DNA of 61,556 bases, counting the filler, from Circinaria calcarea (lineage: Eukaryota): assembly GCA_051942165.1 (NCBI GenBank). It is 5 parts of 5 records of this genome, joined end to end, with 100 filler letters (N's around TTAATTAATTAA, not from the genome) between each part and the next. Parts side by side here need not be neighbours in the genome. Positions count along the whole stretch, not along the records: positions 49,342 to 61,556 come from JAVECS010000595.1; 4 more parts are not named here. One strand, written 5' to 3'. The position numbers and the translations under genes were made by a program. This document shows positions 49,343 to 61,556 of the stretch, in pieces. Below the pieces are notes generated by a model. It was given only the letters and a program-made list of their open reading frames with translations. It had not been told where the DNA came from and searched no databases. Position 1 is the stretch's first letter, and the number at the start of each line of letters is the position of its first letter.

Positions 49343-49795
49343 CATACGGATGAACTCAAGAACTATGGACTTGTTATAAAGTACAAGCCCGGTAAAGAGG
49401 ACATGCAACGAGTGAACACACGATCCCTCAGTACGGCACCTCAAAAGGAGGAACGTGATAAACAAGAGTTGGAAAGTGCAGAAAAAGACCAGAAAGTGCA
49501 GAAGGACAAACCAAGCTCTTCTAAATCTCCACCTTTGGACCTGAGGATCCTGGCCTTCAAAGCCCTACCAGCTCGTTCGAGTTTTGCAAGTGCCAACCAA
49601 GGTAGCGAGGAGGCACAAACTCTGAGCGAACGTGAGCTGGTCGCACATATCTGTGAGGAGATCCGGAGGACGGTAGGGGTGGAGAAGGAAGGATTGGTGG
49701 AGGAGAAGGATATCATTTCGCTAGCTGAAGCAAAGAAGAAAACCGGGCTCTTGGAGCAAGGGCTCTTCTATGTCAAGAAAGCGCTGTGGGCTTGA
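49343..49795 (+). CDS. 3' end of a SacI-homology/hSac2-domain phosphoinositide phosphatase (INPP5F/Sac2-like)
   Basis: TDELKNYGLVIKYKPGKEDMQRVNTRSL...LAFKALPARSS...SERELVAHICEEIRR...VEEKDIISLAEAKKKTGLLEQ...KKALWA* matches my recollection of the C-terminus of this fungal family. Confidence 0.7.
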   Translation, partial: HTDELKNYGLVIKYKPGKEDMQRVNTRSLSTAPQKEERDKQELESAEKDQKVQKDKPSSSKSPPLDLRILAFKALPARSSFASANQGSEEAQTLSERELVAHICEEIRRTVGVEKEGLVEEKDIISLAEAKKKTGLLEQGLFYVKKALWA

Positions 49796-50233
49796 AGAGT
49801 TCGAGGGATTGAGCCAGATAAGGGGTGTAGAGAACAGTGCGAAGCTATAAGTTAGAAGACATGTATGATAAGGACCCGAAGACGACTGCTTAGGTCCTTC
49901 TTATAAATATCTTGTTGATTTATCATACCAGTAAGCCTCCCATCATGGCCAATGAATGGACATAAGGCAGATACCATGACACTATTGGAGGCCTTGCGTG
50001 CCGAAGGCAGCAGAGCTAGAAGGCTGTATTGGGAAGCGAGTAGAGAAACCATACTCCGGGCGCCCCTATCCTGCTCGCTTCCGGCTTCTCTTGTCGCTCC
50101 AAAACTCATGTTTTGTTCTCACTTCACCTCCGTATCGCGGAGAGGGACGTAACTCAAGTGTAAGTTATCCTAGGCTCTTTCTACGCCCTCGAATCCTTTC
50201 TCGGCAAATACAAACTCTCAAACCATTGCAGAG

Positions 50234-50611
50234 ATGCCTTCCACCACACTTGAGCTTCTTCATCTGCGCTCCAATGGAGACCTGCCAACCCTTAAAGAAG
50301 TCCTAAGTACTACTTCCTCGGACCCCGACATCATACAAACCCTCGTGACCGAAGTAATCAAGAACAACAATGCCGAAATTGCCCGATGTCTTCTCAGCGT
50401 TAGTCCTAATATCTCCATGGGCGAGGATGTTATCCATTGTTCTATATATGCCGGCTCTGTTCTCATATTTTCCGGTCCCCTAGCTAAACAACCTTCGATT
50501 CTCAACATGGACTTCGACATACGCGGCACGCCTCTTGCGAATTTGCTCATAAGCAAACAACCCCTTTTATTCCTCACCTTTCTTCTCTTTTCCGGCGCAG
50601 ACCCAAATTAG
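50234..50611 (+). pseudogene. Truncated ankyrin-repeat gene
   Basis: Ankyrin-like units NGDLPTLKEVL, KNNNAEIARCLL, GTPLANLL...FLLFSGADPN, stopping right after GADPN. Confidence 0.55.
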
Positions 50612-51999
50612 AAGGCCGACATTGCAAAATCAAGGATTACCCGAAACCGAGGAAGAGCTTCAGGCTGCGAATTTAGAAATTCGAGATAATAAAAAGGGGC
50701 GACTGGCTAGGACCCAAGGTCCCTAAATCTGTGAAGATGACCTTTTCTTCTTTGAAGAGAAACGGAATATAAACCGAAGCTTACTAAGGCGGATTAGAAC
50801 GAGGCACCCAAGCTATCAATCAGAAAATGGCTTCTGTGAGAATGGATCATCAGGGATCGGGTGATGTTAGGTTTGAATCAATGAGCCATGGAAGTTGGAG
50901 AACGGATAGGAGAGCTGCATTACTTCTCACAGGAGAAGTCTCTACTATTTCGTTTCGACCATCAAGCTGTACTCGCCCATATAATGCTAATGCATCCAAT
51001 GCACTCTGCACTCTGCAGATAGGAACCTCAGACCTCGATGCACCCGAGTAGAGTGCGTATGAAAAGTGTACCCTCAGACGAAGTCCTCAAAGCATCATAG
51101 CACTTTGATGGAATGCTTATTGACTCAGAATACTCATTCGAAGGAAAGCTCGTGAACTCAACGAACTCGAATAATCCTCTTAGGCACTCGATGCGCTCGG
51201 ACGAGATACTGCTAAACCCCGTGTACCCTCCGATATAGCCTGCTCAACAGAAGAGAGCCGCAAAACCCATCATCCTATTCGGAGTATAGATGAGCGCGAC
51301 GACCCCATCCTAGGCTCGAGACTACCTACACAAAAGATGAAATACACGAGACAAAGAATAAGACCTGAAGAGGAAGCAGTGTGGTTCAAAGGGTTCTTTG
51401 TTTATGAAAAGTCCGAGGACGAAGAGGATGGAGCACGGAAGCTGGCTAATCACGACCACGTGGTTAAAGCCGCCGCCGGCAACGCGAAATAAGAAGATGA
51501 CAATACATCCTCTATAATAGCGGAGATATGAAATAATGGAGGTGGAATAGGCTTGGATTGCTATGGTAACTACCTGTTTACATGCACTGATAACGCGCGC
51601 CAGCGCGCAATGCCCTGAAACGTTTTGTCTTGATGGTCATTACCCTTTAACGCTCCTGATGCCCGAAAGCTGTTGGTGCTCATAGGTGCTTGCGGAATAA
51701 GGGAAGAAGCGTGTAAAAGCGTGACGGCGTATTGGCAACTTCTCGGTTAGGAGCTCGGATAGGAACGCGGTTAGGACATTGGTTGAAATCAAAGGGCCTC
51801 CGCAGAACCGAAAGACAACGGAATGGGTATGGGAGTATATAAACATTAAGCCAACTCAACATTAGATCAAGTGAACGTTAAATTAATCAAATATTTAAAT
51901 GTGAGGCCGCAGTGTACTTGACTTGAAAAGTGTCTAAGGCTAGTGTTATGGCGCCAGGACCATATTGAGGGAAAACTAGCTCTGGAACGGAGGAACCCA

Positions 52000-52145
52000 T
52001 GAACCGGCTGCTTAATATGCTCATGGAGGTGAGCAAGGTGAGCACGGAGGATTGCTCAGTATGCTTATAGAAGTGAGCAGGGTGAGCAACGTGTTATATA
52101 AACGAGATATTCCCGCTCTTTAAAATAGTATGCTTATAGACACAC
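52000..52145. repeat. Cluster of short direct repeats (GTGAGCA(A/G)GGTGAGCA x2; AGTATGCTTATAGA x2)
   Basis: Copies near 52030 and 52073, and near 52059 and 52127. Confidence 0.6.
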
Positions 52146-52199
52146 ACGGAATAACAATAGACCAATATTACGTTCCAGGTAACCATGCACCACGGAGTG

Positions 52200-55100
52200 A
52201 CTCTATCCCTCATACAAGTCTAGCCTAGCCTATCCTAACACCCCCCTTTACAAGGCTCTTTGATCATTCCCGTTAAAAGCCTCCGAACCGACCATAGCCC
52301 TTAGTTTAGATTTATCCAAGATCATCGACTCAATCTCATTTCCTTCTGCCGCCAGCTTGATCGTCTCGGTTTTGTTATTAAGCTGTCTGACCCGATGAAC
52401 CCGGAAATTCGCTTGAAACTCTCGATACCTAGGCGCTAAAATGGTTTTCGATTAATATAACGAACCGAGACCGGATTAAGTGTACACCCTTGCCCATGAT
52501 ATCCGTAGTCGAAATGAGAAACCGAGGGTTTCTATCGGGGTATAATAAGCTGTCATCGGGCCCTGTCGCCTCTTCGAATGTTGGACGTATATACTCGCGC
52601 TTATCGATGGTGTATTCTTGAGTGGACGAGTATGATCTATTCTGCCCCATAACACCACTCGAGGCACTGTATTCATATTAGCAACTCCATAAAAAGACCC
52701 CTGATAACCGCACTTGCTACCCACCAAAAAAGTAAGATATATAAATATAAGAAATTCCGATAAAAGACTGACTACCTTTTCCGTTCTGCCGACATCATCC
52801 TTCTCCCAACCATCAATCCACTCTCTTAAACGCTGGAGTTTGTCGAAGAACGCAGTGATTTTCCAAACGTTCTTACGAAAAACGTAAATAGGATCAAGGT
52901 AAAAATCCTTTCCGGGCTGAAAATCATCCTTGGTCAGGGTAAATCATTCCTCGCTAGGCGTTTCTGCGGATTGAGCGTATTTAGAATCGATGATATACGG
53001 GTACGACGCCGTAAGTAAACTGCGTGTATAGTTTCGATGGGAGATGGTGTGGTATGAATTTCACATCCACTTCTTCTTTAACACCATCTAAATGCTTTTA
53101 AGCTCACGTTATCGATTTCGTTTTCAATACCTTAAAAAACTTTCATCGATTATTTCTAGATCTTGCCCTTATCTTAGAATTTCTTATAGGCTTTCTTGAT
53201 ATAGATACTGAGGTGGGCTTAAGTATATTGAGTTGAATATTCGGAAAGTTTCTCTAATAATTATGATCCAGGTCGAACCGGGAGCACTTAATTCTTTATA
53301 TAGAATTTCCACCCGCCTTTATACGGTATTATTCATGCAGATCAGAGTCCTTGATCGAAAACATTAGACTTATTCTGGTTGATCAAGAGCGGGTTATATA
53401 TAGGTCGGGTTATGTGTACTGAGACGTCCCCGTAGCTGCGTGGATATAGTAGATTTGCCCGATGGCATTCGAATGCTGATGCCATTAGCTGTTGGTAAGC
53501 ATGCCTAGGTAATAAGTGACTGGGTTGGAGGGCATGACCTCCGTTTTCAGCGGTAAGACTCGGGAGGGGATGGCAGCGCCAGGGCTGGCCTTGGCAACCA
53601 CACCGAGTTCTAATTTCATCGACTCATATTCCTCCCCCAGTTCCCTTAATGCTTTTCTTCAAGATTTCCAAGCTATTCAAACCAAGAAAAAGTTGGCCCG
53701 AATTTGTTTTCCCGGAAGTGCATTCGTGCTTTTTTGGTTTAAAACCCCATTGGACACACCCTCTCTCTCTTCTTTTTTGTCTCAAGTTACAACGAGCATA
53801 TCACGTTTGTGGATATAGTATGAGTAGACTGCTCCCTTCCCAAGGAGAACTATACGCGACCCGCTAGCTCCATGGCTAAATGAGCCAGAATCCTCTTCCT
53901 AATCCGGGACCCCGAATCGTATTGATTCGATTATCTGCGTTTAATCTCTTCTAAATCAAGAGAAACCTATCTCCGCTGCTTGAGTGGCCGGGCTATGTGT
54001 GTGACTCTAGAATGTGGATCTGCAGAAGGTTTTTCAACTTTTATAGAATAGCGTTTCCTGAGGAATTTCGAGGCACATCCCTTTTTCCTCGAAGAACGAA
54101 TGGACCTCCTTATTGAGATCAACATGTTTCGATTTCTCTCCATTCGACAATACCTCGTAAAATTTCTAGGTAGCTCAATCGCATTGGGCCGCTGGGCGTG
54201 TGTGTTCCACGGTCCCCGAACACGTTCTTCTCGTTATCGTTCCCACCGGCGGTAACCTAGTATTCGGAGACTGCATGGGTCCCGAATGGACAGGCCCATA
54301 ATAAAGGGGCACTGGTGATGCGTACCAGCTTTAATCTATTTCAAGGCCCGGACGCTCGCTGCTCATTCTAATTCGGTATAAATCAATCCGAAACAAGCGT
54401 ACCGGCAGCCTCCGATCGGTATTTCTAGCGCATTGGAATTCGTCCATGTAGACGTCTGAAAAGTGCGAGAGTGAAAAGCCCGGGAAACCTCGCATATCGA
54501 CAAAGAGCTCGATGGCCTGTTTTCCCGGGTCTAGCAACTTCGCGCTTATAGGAACTTGGCCGCTTTCCCAAGAACCACTCGTATCGTGGCATTTGCTGAT
54601 GTTACCTTGGACGTATCTTATCTCACAAATTGCTTTTGGTAAGTTCTCATCGGCTCGGGCTATGCGACAGCTGTTTTGAAATATGCATCTGTATTACTGC
54701 GTAAGAATCGCACCCACTCAACCGAGCAGTCATTTTTCCGCGGGAAAGCCTTGAATAGATGTTTATTTGTCTTCGGAAAACACTGATAGGTACTTCTTGA
54801 ATATTAGTCCTAGTTTTCACGTAGCGGTTATCCCAAATCGGAGTTTTATTGAAAGAGACTGTCTCTATAACCTGGTAACATATCTATAATGATGACTCTC
54901 TCATATCTTACCCACGGTTATTAAAGATTACTTTCGGTGTATCAATCCGTCCTAGCTTATTCCCTTGTGACAAGCTGAACGGAAACGCCTTAACGTGAGT
55001 TCGAATGATATCGAAGTCGATCATGACCAATAATGGAATACGTGCTCACCAAGAAAAGAAAGGTACTTGGAAATCTTTCTTAGTCCAATAAACCGGTAAA

Positions 55101-58100
55101 GTTAACAACTTCGCTTTCTCGACAGCCAAGGTATCGTCGGAAACGACCGCATTCCCCTTACCGGTTGGATTTGCCATAAGACAACGCGAGAATCAAAGCT
55201 CAAGACTAAGCACTCGATATGCGCCTTGGGAAACCAGCCCTTGATGTTAAAGCAATTCTCTCCCTCGAATGTGGATCCGGCGTATTCCAACCCGGGATAC
55301 ATGATATTTTAAAGGTGATGGACGGTCTTCACATAATCATCCTCCATATGCCACAGCGGTACCGGATGTCCTAGGAAGATCAACACTTTTTCCTTCAAAC
55401 TTACACAGTAATGATGCAGCAAGCCAGAGAAGCTTCGGTGCCAAGGCCGACATGTACACGGTCATGCTCGCTCTGTCGCTGTATAGGGGCGCATGTGGCA
55501 CACCTATGGTTTTCTTAAAATAGTAGAACACCCCGCAATCTTGGAACTGTTCATACCACCGACTAACGTTCTTTGCGGCACTTTTGACGGACAATTTGCT
55601 CAGTTCGGAATTACCTGTAATTTGGCGGAGAGCCTTATGAACAGCTATGTAGACGTGTTCTTCATTTGATTGCTCTGTGTGAATATCGGTAACTTATTAG
55701 CATTCATTCAGCATTTCATTAGAGGTAAATAACCGATTTCAATTTCATCGTCTTGATATCAACAATTCTCTTCCCCGTCGTCGATTGCTTTTCTTTTGGT
55801 ATGTTTAGGTTCTCATATTCCTGCTCGATATCATCAGATGTACGCCTCGATGTGAAAGTAAATGATGGATTAAATTTCTCGCTCTGTAAGTTTGATTTCG
55901 ATCCACAAGATCACGGATACCAGGATTGTGCCATACTGAATCATGTTAGCGAAGTAGAATACCCTTTGCGTAATTCAATCCTCCTTCGGTCCAATTGCCA
56001 GCGATGAGGATGCTCCCCCACTGCCCGAATTTCTCAGCACCTCTTCTGTTCTTTTCCTTGGATGTACCATTGGGGTGCTGGAAATTTTAATGTTTTCCCC
56101 AGGCAAACGCATCCTGCCAGCCTTTCTCCGAGTTTCCGCGGGCTTTGTTATTCTCACCCCAGATACGTCCCCTGAGGTCTCCGAGATGTTGAAGATGTCG
56201 AAGACTAGCCCACCCATCTCATGCCAGAAAATTTTGGTTTGTCCGCTGCGACTATCGCTTTCGGGGCGGAGGCTGTCGGCCGGCCTGCTTAGGACTGGGT
56301 CGCTGGTGCTGAGCCCGATGGGCCAGACCGTCGGTATTAGCTTTAAACAATCTCCCGCTCCTCGCCAGTTGTCCTTGCGTGTGGTGGAACGTAAGGGGGC
56401 GGGCTTCGAGGGAGTCGGCTTGAGAAATGATAGGGTCTCATTCGTTATTGCGTTCTTCTAATCCTCAGCTATTTCGGCGCCACCGTAGATATCGATTTCA
56501 AAATCGTCGACCCCCTTTATTTGTTTGTCGGGCTGAATGTCTGGTATCGTATACAAGGCCTGGCTGACAAGACCTTGCTTTAAGTAGCGCCTGTTGTTGT
56601 CGACATATACCTGAACGTTTCATTTTTTAGCGGCTATAAAATCGGCCTAGAACTCGGCCTCGAGCTCGTCTTTAAGCTCGTCCCCGTCGTAGTCGGCGAC
56701 GATTTAATTAGGATCGTCCAGCGGAGCCCGATCGCGTACTTTACCGCGTTCTCGCGAGAATTTCGCCACGATAGGTGGTGATGCTCCGCGTTTCTGCATA
56801 AGAGGGGCTAGCAGCCTCAGAAAGCCAAAGGCTAATAGCCGAGAGTTTGAGCTTCCCCCAGCACTTAGCCCTGCCGTGCTGACCTAGCATCATTTGACTC
56901 AGACCTTAGTGGCTGTGAGAGTCGTGAGGAGATTCCGGGTATAGCCTTCCGTTTTTCCGCAGTCCTAGATTCTTTACCTTCACCGATGAGCTGTTCAGGC
57001 TGCCCCATACTTATTCTTCCGAACGATATCTTAAGGGTCCAGCATCAATAAACGTTTTTTCACATAAATATTTGCCCACACAGGTGGAGAAAAATAAATG
57101 CTGGACAAATGAGCTGCCTTTTCGTCCTCCAAGCTCCCATTGTTAACGAAACGCAACCCAGAAGTTCAATGAGCCATAGCGCAGATTCTTCTTCAATAGA
57201 TTTCAGACAATTAGTGCCGAGTCCTGAAACTCGTCTGTTGCTTCTCAGTCTTCCCTCCCCGTATCCAACGCTGAAGATCGCCCTAGCTATAAAGTGCCTT
57301 TCCGGGAAATGTGATTCGAGATAATCGGCTTTTACCGCGGTGGAAAATAGTGGAGCGTTCTGACCTTCCCTCCGTACCTCCTTCAAATTTGGTATGAAGT
57401 TCATCAGCTATCCTGCCTTTAATCTGAAAGGCCTTTCGGTAATTCCTGGTCTGCGCTATACGGTCTGCATCTGCGTTTGTCATGGCTGAAATTTCGGTTT
57501 CCTGTTCAAGATCGTGCGTGCCGTCAAAGATTCCCAAGGTCGTAACAGATTCAACTCGAAACAGAATTCTGTAACGAAATGACGTAGTAGACTTGCAAGA
57601 ATTGCAGGACATGAGAGAAATTCGGGTGAGTTGTAAGGACGGTCCGTAACGAAGTCGAATATTTCGTTGCGGCCAGAATAGCTGACAATATAATAACATA
57701 TATCTAATGCACTTCTAGCTCTAACGTCCTGTGTTTTTTAATCCATTCCTAACCCGAATGCAAAGCCAAGAGCCCGCAGTCTCGTAGAAGGATATCTCGG
57801 CGATAACCTTCTTCGAGTCCAAATGCCAGGATTGGAGGCCTAATACTCCTACGCGTATCTGTTGCTAAGTTGTAGGTTGCTAACAAGCTCGATTATCCCG
57901 AATGAGATGGGCTCATGGGATCTCGAAAGGTTGTATTTCAAATTGTCAGCTTTCATTCAGTCCGCCAGCTTCCGTCGAGAACGTTTGCTGTCATCAGGAA
58001 CAGCGACTCTCATTGGTTTTTTCCTACTCTTTATGGTGGTACAGACCTTAATACAGTGATCATAACCCGTCCCTGGATTTCCATATTTCGCTATCCCAGA

Positions 58101-59700
58101 TAAGTCTGCACCCGTCTGCACGACTCAAGCCCTTCCTGCAAGTTGAACGGTTGAAGTGCTTCCCAATAGTAGCCCTGCTACTTAAGCTATATTCGAAAAT
58201 AACGTACTCGTCAATTCCCATTACTGCAGATGCTTTATACCCCATCTAACTCATCAACCTCCAGTGAGAACTGCCCAGCGGACACACGACGTGGCCGGTA
58301 GTATATCTGTCAATTTTGTTGTTCAAGACTCGAAGCCCACAGTTTCGCGAACAGGCGTCGTTCGCCTGACTCTTACCATCTCGTTCAAGTAGAGTGTAGA
58401 ACAGGACAAATCCGTTTTGACTTTGGAGTCAAGATTCCTTTCGAGAAATACTGTCCAAATATATCCCCGACTCGAAGTCAAGTTACTCTGTCACTGCTTT
58501 GAAAACAGTCCTCTATATCTCTTTTGCAGATTCAAAGAGGGACGTCTCCTGAAGCACATTTGCTAACGCGTGTCAGGGTTAAACAACTTCCCGACACAGT
58601 TCCAACCCACCCTGACGATAAGGTCGCCGGTCCGGATGCCGGTGGTCCCTCTATAATATTAATTTTTATCCTATCGGTTGGTATCCGACTCGCAATATGA
58701 CCAGATGCAGTCGATCCCTCGTTGTCGATCGCTAGCGGAGCTCTTGGAATTAGGTGAGTTCTAGCAGTCCCTTGCTGGCGTTGAGCCTCGCCTTCATCAG
58801 CAAACTAGACTCGGGCTTATGCCAAAGGCTAATTCGGGTGTTCGACACTCTGGCGCACCAACCGGCCTTGACTCAAATTTGCGTTTGACTCAGGCGTACG
58901 TCTAATAAAGGATTCTGGACCGCGAGAGATCGCCGATAGTCAGACTCTTTTCACCTAGCCCTTAAATTTTTCATTACCATTTAGAGATCTCCCTCTTTCT
59001 TAATATGGACCATAAATCCCACTCTTTTTTGGAGAATAACAGTCACTCTTCCAGTAGGCTTCTTTGTTACCACATCGTCCCATTCGATTTCAACTACTGT
59101 CATCTTCTCCTCAATCCCTAGAGCAATAGTATTGATGTTCTCTTCCAATTATCTTGCATATCTTTCGTCCAAGCGGCGTATGCCGATCTCCGTCAAGAAC
59201 ACCAGCTCAACCAAGTCAGCAGTACCGGGAGATTTTCAAGCAGCAAAGACTTATATCAAATCTCTTACCTTTGCACAGCAGCGATAGCAGCAGCGAACAG
59301 AATGAGTACTTTCCGTAAGTTGATATAGCCTTCAAAGTTCCGAGGTTCGCGAAAGTACCTCTTGGCTGCAGACCGTCGCAGTTAAAGACAAACTCCTCGA
59401 CCTAATTTGAACTAACCGTCTGCGCCGGCTTCGCCGGACCAAATGATTCGGCATACATGCACTGCTTTCGGTCTTGGGTATATTTCGTCATAGACGTAGC
59501 CAGCTAACCTTTCAAAATATACAAGGTAGACCACCCTCTTCCCACCCGCGGTTCTGCTCTAGGAACCAATTCGAATTCTTCTACCGATCCTAGCCTTCTT
59601 CATCCGAGAAACGCTTTCAAGGATCTCACTATGTTGAATCTGGCATGGGGAATGTGGGGCTTGCACATGGCGAATTTATAGACCATGTTGCGGTCTTCGG
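52200..59700 (-). pseudogene. Long, heavily decayed coding region with SNF2-family helicase-like remnants
   Basis: Protein-like frames broken by many stops. Ordered traces: GLQSWH / ILLRDCGL (~57850-57773), YGPSL (~57640), RIADELH (57414-57394), EEHVYIAVHKAL (~55660), APKLLWLAA then KEKVLIFLGHP (~55440-55360). Confidence 0.4.
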
Positions 59701-60581
59701 TTGGGAGACGCTGAAAGGGAGGATTGCTGCACAAGTGACATTGCAGCTGCGGTGTTGAAGGTCTGCATGTGGTAAAGTGTCTCGATTATACGTAGTCCAG
59801 CTTCAAACCAACGCATTGAATGTCGGAACCACAGATGACCATGTCTTTTTCACAGGTGTAGAAAAGCCTAGGTCTGGAATTCGCTAAAGAACGGTCTTCG
59901 AATTTCTCTTTTGTTCTTATCCACGTAGGTCACTAGTGTCACCAGATTCTAAGCTACGTCCATTAAGGGTCATGAATTTGTTGCTGTAAGGTGATTTGGC
60001 GGACCAAATTTGACAAATAAGTCTCATATATATCTCTGGAAAAACACGCCAAGGCCGGTAGACATGTTCATCCGCATTAGCATGGCACGTTGTCATAGGA
60101 AAGAGGAAAGGAGGAGGGAGCAGGCGGGCCAGCGGGCCGGCGGGCAATAAAGCTTTCGAGTAGGCAGTAAATGGAATCAATCAATTCTATTTCCATCATC
60201 TGCATGTTTGCACTCCCGTGACACACGTACTTGGTTGCAGTAAAGTAAACAGCATCCGTACATGTATATACCGAGGAAGGATGGTCTGAGCGCAAATCTC
60301 CTCAAAAATAGAAATATCCTACCATAGACTCCTATAATAAGTACTCTAAAACCTCAAAGACGAAACGGAAATAACGCATACTATGAGCGCATGAAGTATA
60401 AGATACATATATGTACGCACATATAACCGCAAGCAAGCCTTTAGGCTTTGGCTCCTAGCTCCTCTTGTGCTCCCGAAACCGAGACAGCCACCAGGTCTAT
60501 CGTCGGCAAGCCAGACATGTGGTACGTAAGCAGACCGTAAATCCAAATTCGACACGGCTTTCCTTTTTCTCTCTCCATGAA

Positions 60582-61556
60582 TCAGAGCCAAACACTCTCC
60601 CCAGACTTCGAAATCACAAAGTGACAGCCAAGCCCAGCCTCCTCCTCATGTTCCTGTAGTTCCGCTAAAATAGTTTCGCTTACAGGTGGACCATCCCGTA
60701 GGGTATCTTTGATATGGATTATGATAATCTGTAAGCCTTGCAATGGTTTCTGGTCTAAGGATGAGCGGCGCAGCTCTTTCAAGGGCGAAGAGGTGTTCGG
60801 GTTCTCGCCAAGGTCATTTGAAGTCCGGCCCATTACTAGGGGTAAAGTCGCTGATTCACTAACCATAGGGTCTTCACACATGCGTGACGGGGTTCCCAAA
60901 CCTGAATCGATGACTCGCCTACGTGTCTGTTGCAGGTCTCTTCCCCGTAGCTTCCAAGCATCAGGATCGGGCTTGCCGAATCCGTTACTTGGCCTTTTTC
61001 GTTTTCGCAGCGTTTCCTCTGCATGTGATTTTTTTGCCAGTTTTACCTTCTCTGCTAAAACCTGCAATTCTGCAACCAGATATTTAGGGGCCAAATGACC
61101 AAATAGTAAATCATCTCGCTGGGAGTCGTCGTATGAGCACTCGATAAGGATACCGGTCAGCAATCCAGCCGCAATCTTTGGAGCCGCATCATTCCATACA
61201 CGCGCTGTGCGTGGATATTTAGATAGGACGTCGGGCTCAACATCGCCGAATATCAGGACCTCTCGTCCAGTCTTCTCATCGCGGATGAAGAATGCAGAGC
61301 TATCGTATACACATACGTTATCGATTTCGACATTACCTTGGCTGCCACGGTGGGAACGAAAGCTGGAAGGGGAAGTGGCAACTCGTGAAGCCCTCCGTGA
61401 AGAAGGATGCTGCACAATTGAGTCTTGGGAATTGCTAGTGGAACTGACTCGATGGCTTGGTCCTTTCATGCAGCTGCCATGACTAATGCTCCAAGATTTG
61501 ACAGTAAGGCCATCGACGACTTCAATGTAACCTCTGCCTTCGCCGTCACCTAGAGC
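60582..61556 (-). CDS. PDE1: Class II (low-affinity) cAMP phosphodiesterase, 5'-truncated
   Basis: ...GYIEVVDGLTVKSWSISHG...YDSSAFFIRD..TGREVLIFGDVEPD...ILIECSYDDSQRDDLLFGHLAPKYLVAEL...LQGLQIIIIHIKD; PDEase_II motifs. Confidence 0.93.
   Translation of the reverse strand, partial: ALGDGEGRGYIEVVDGLTVKSWSISHGSCMKGPSHRVSSTSNSQDSIVQHPSSRRASRVATSPSSFRSHRGSQGNVEIDNVCVYDSSAFFIRDEKTGREVLIFGDVEPDVLSKYPRTARVWNDAAPKIAAGLLTGILIECSYDDSQRDDLLFGHLAPKYLVAELQVLAEKVKLAKKSHAEETLRKRKRPSNGFGKPDPDAWKLRGRDLQQTRRRVIDSGLGTPSRMCEDPMVSESATLPLVMGRTSNDLGENPNTSSPLKELRRSSLDQKPLQGLQIIIIHIKDTLRDGPPVSETILAELQEHEEEAGLGCHFVISKSGESVWL

Noticed and set aside
58830..58862. GTTCGAC...CCA resembling a tRNA 3' half
   Set aside because: The T-stem and acceptor stem do not pair and no cloverleaf forms.

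Overview
This is eukaryotic DNA from a filamentous ascomycete (Pezizomycotina): short GT-AG introns with CTRAY branch points and typical fungal housekeeping genes. It is not one locus. Four identical 100-bp spacers (N44-TTAATTAATTAA-N44) join five unrelated contigs of about 12.2 kb in order of decreasing length (1-12244, 12345-24586, 24687-36926, 37027-49241, 49342-61556), so adjacency across spacers means nothing. Contig 1: reticulon-like gene, Xbp1-type APSES transcription factor, then a decayed, increasingly AT-rich region holding an intact orphan F-box-like ORF. Contig 2: alpha/beta-hydrolase lacking its nucleophile Ser, calpain-like protease, CDK1, AlkB/ALKBH1, amidase, conserved unknown protein. 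Contig 3: 5' end of a probable NACHT/NLR-like gene, a MITE, gene relics, a full-length cytochrome P450 pseudogene, HAP3/hapC, prefoldin 2. Contig 4: membrane protein, CCDC174/DUF4078, Mug135-like protein, small membrane protein, Ish1/Msc1, mitochondrial protein, esterase. Contig 5: 3' end of a Sac1/hSac2 phosphatase, a truncated ankyrin ORF, about 9 kb of decayed coding sequence with SNF2-helicase-like traces, and class II cAMP phosphodiesterase. The most striking signal is at the splicing level: both introns flanking the 72-nt exon 2 of the reticulon gene are nested intron-in-donor structures ([D5,6] stwintrons), which predicts multi-step splicing and an in-frame exon-skipping route. I found no clearly new multi-gene system. 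Family assignments come from motif recognition by eye; no searches were run.
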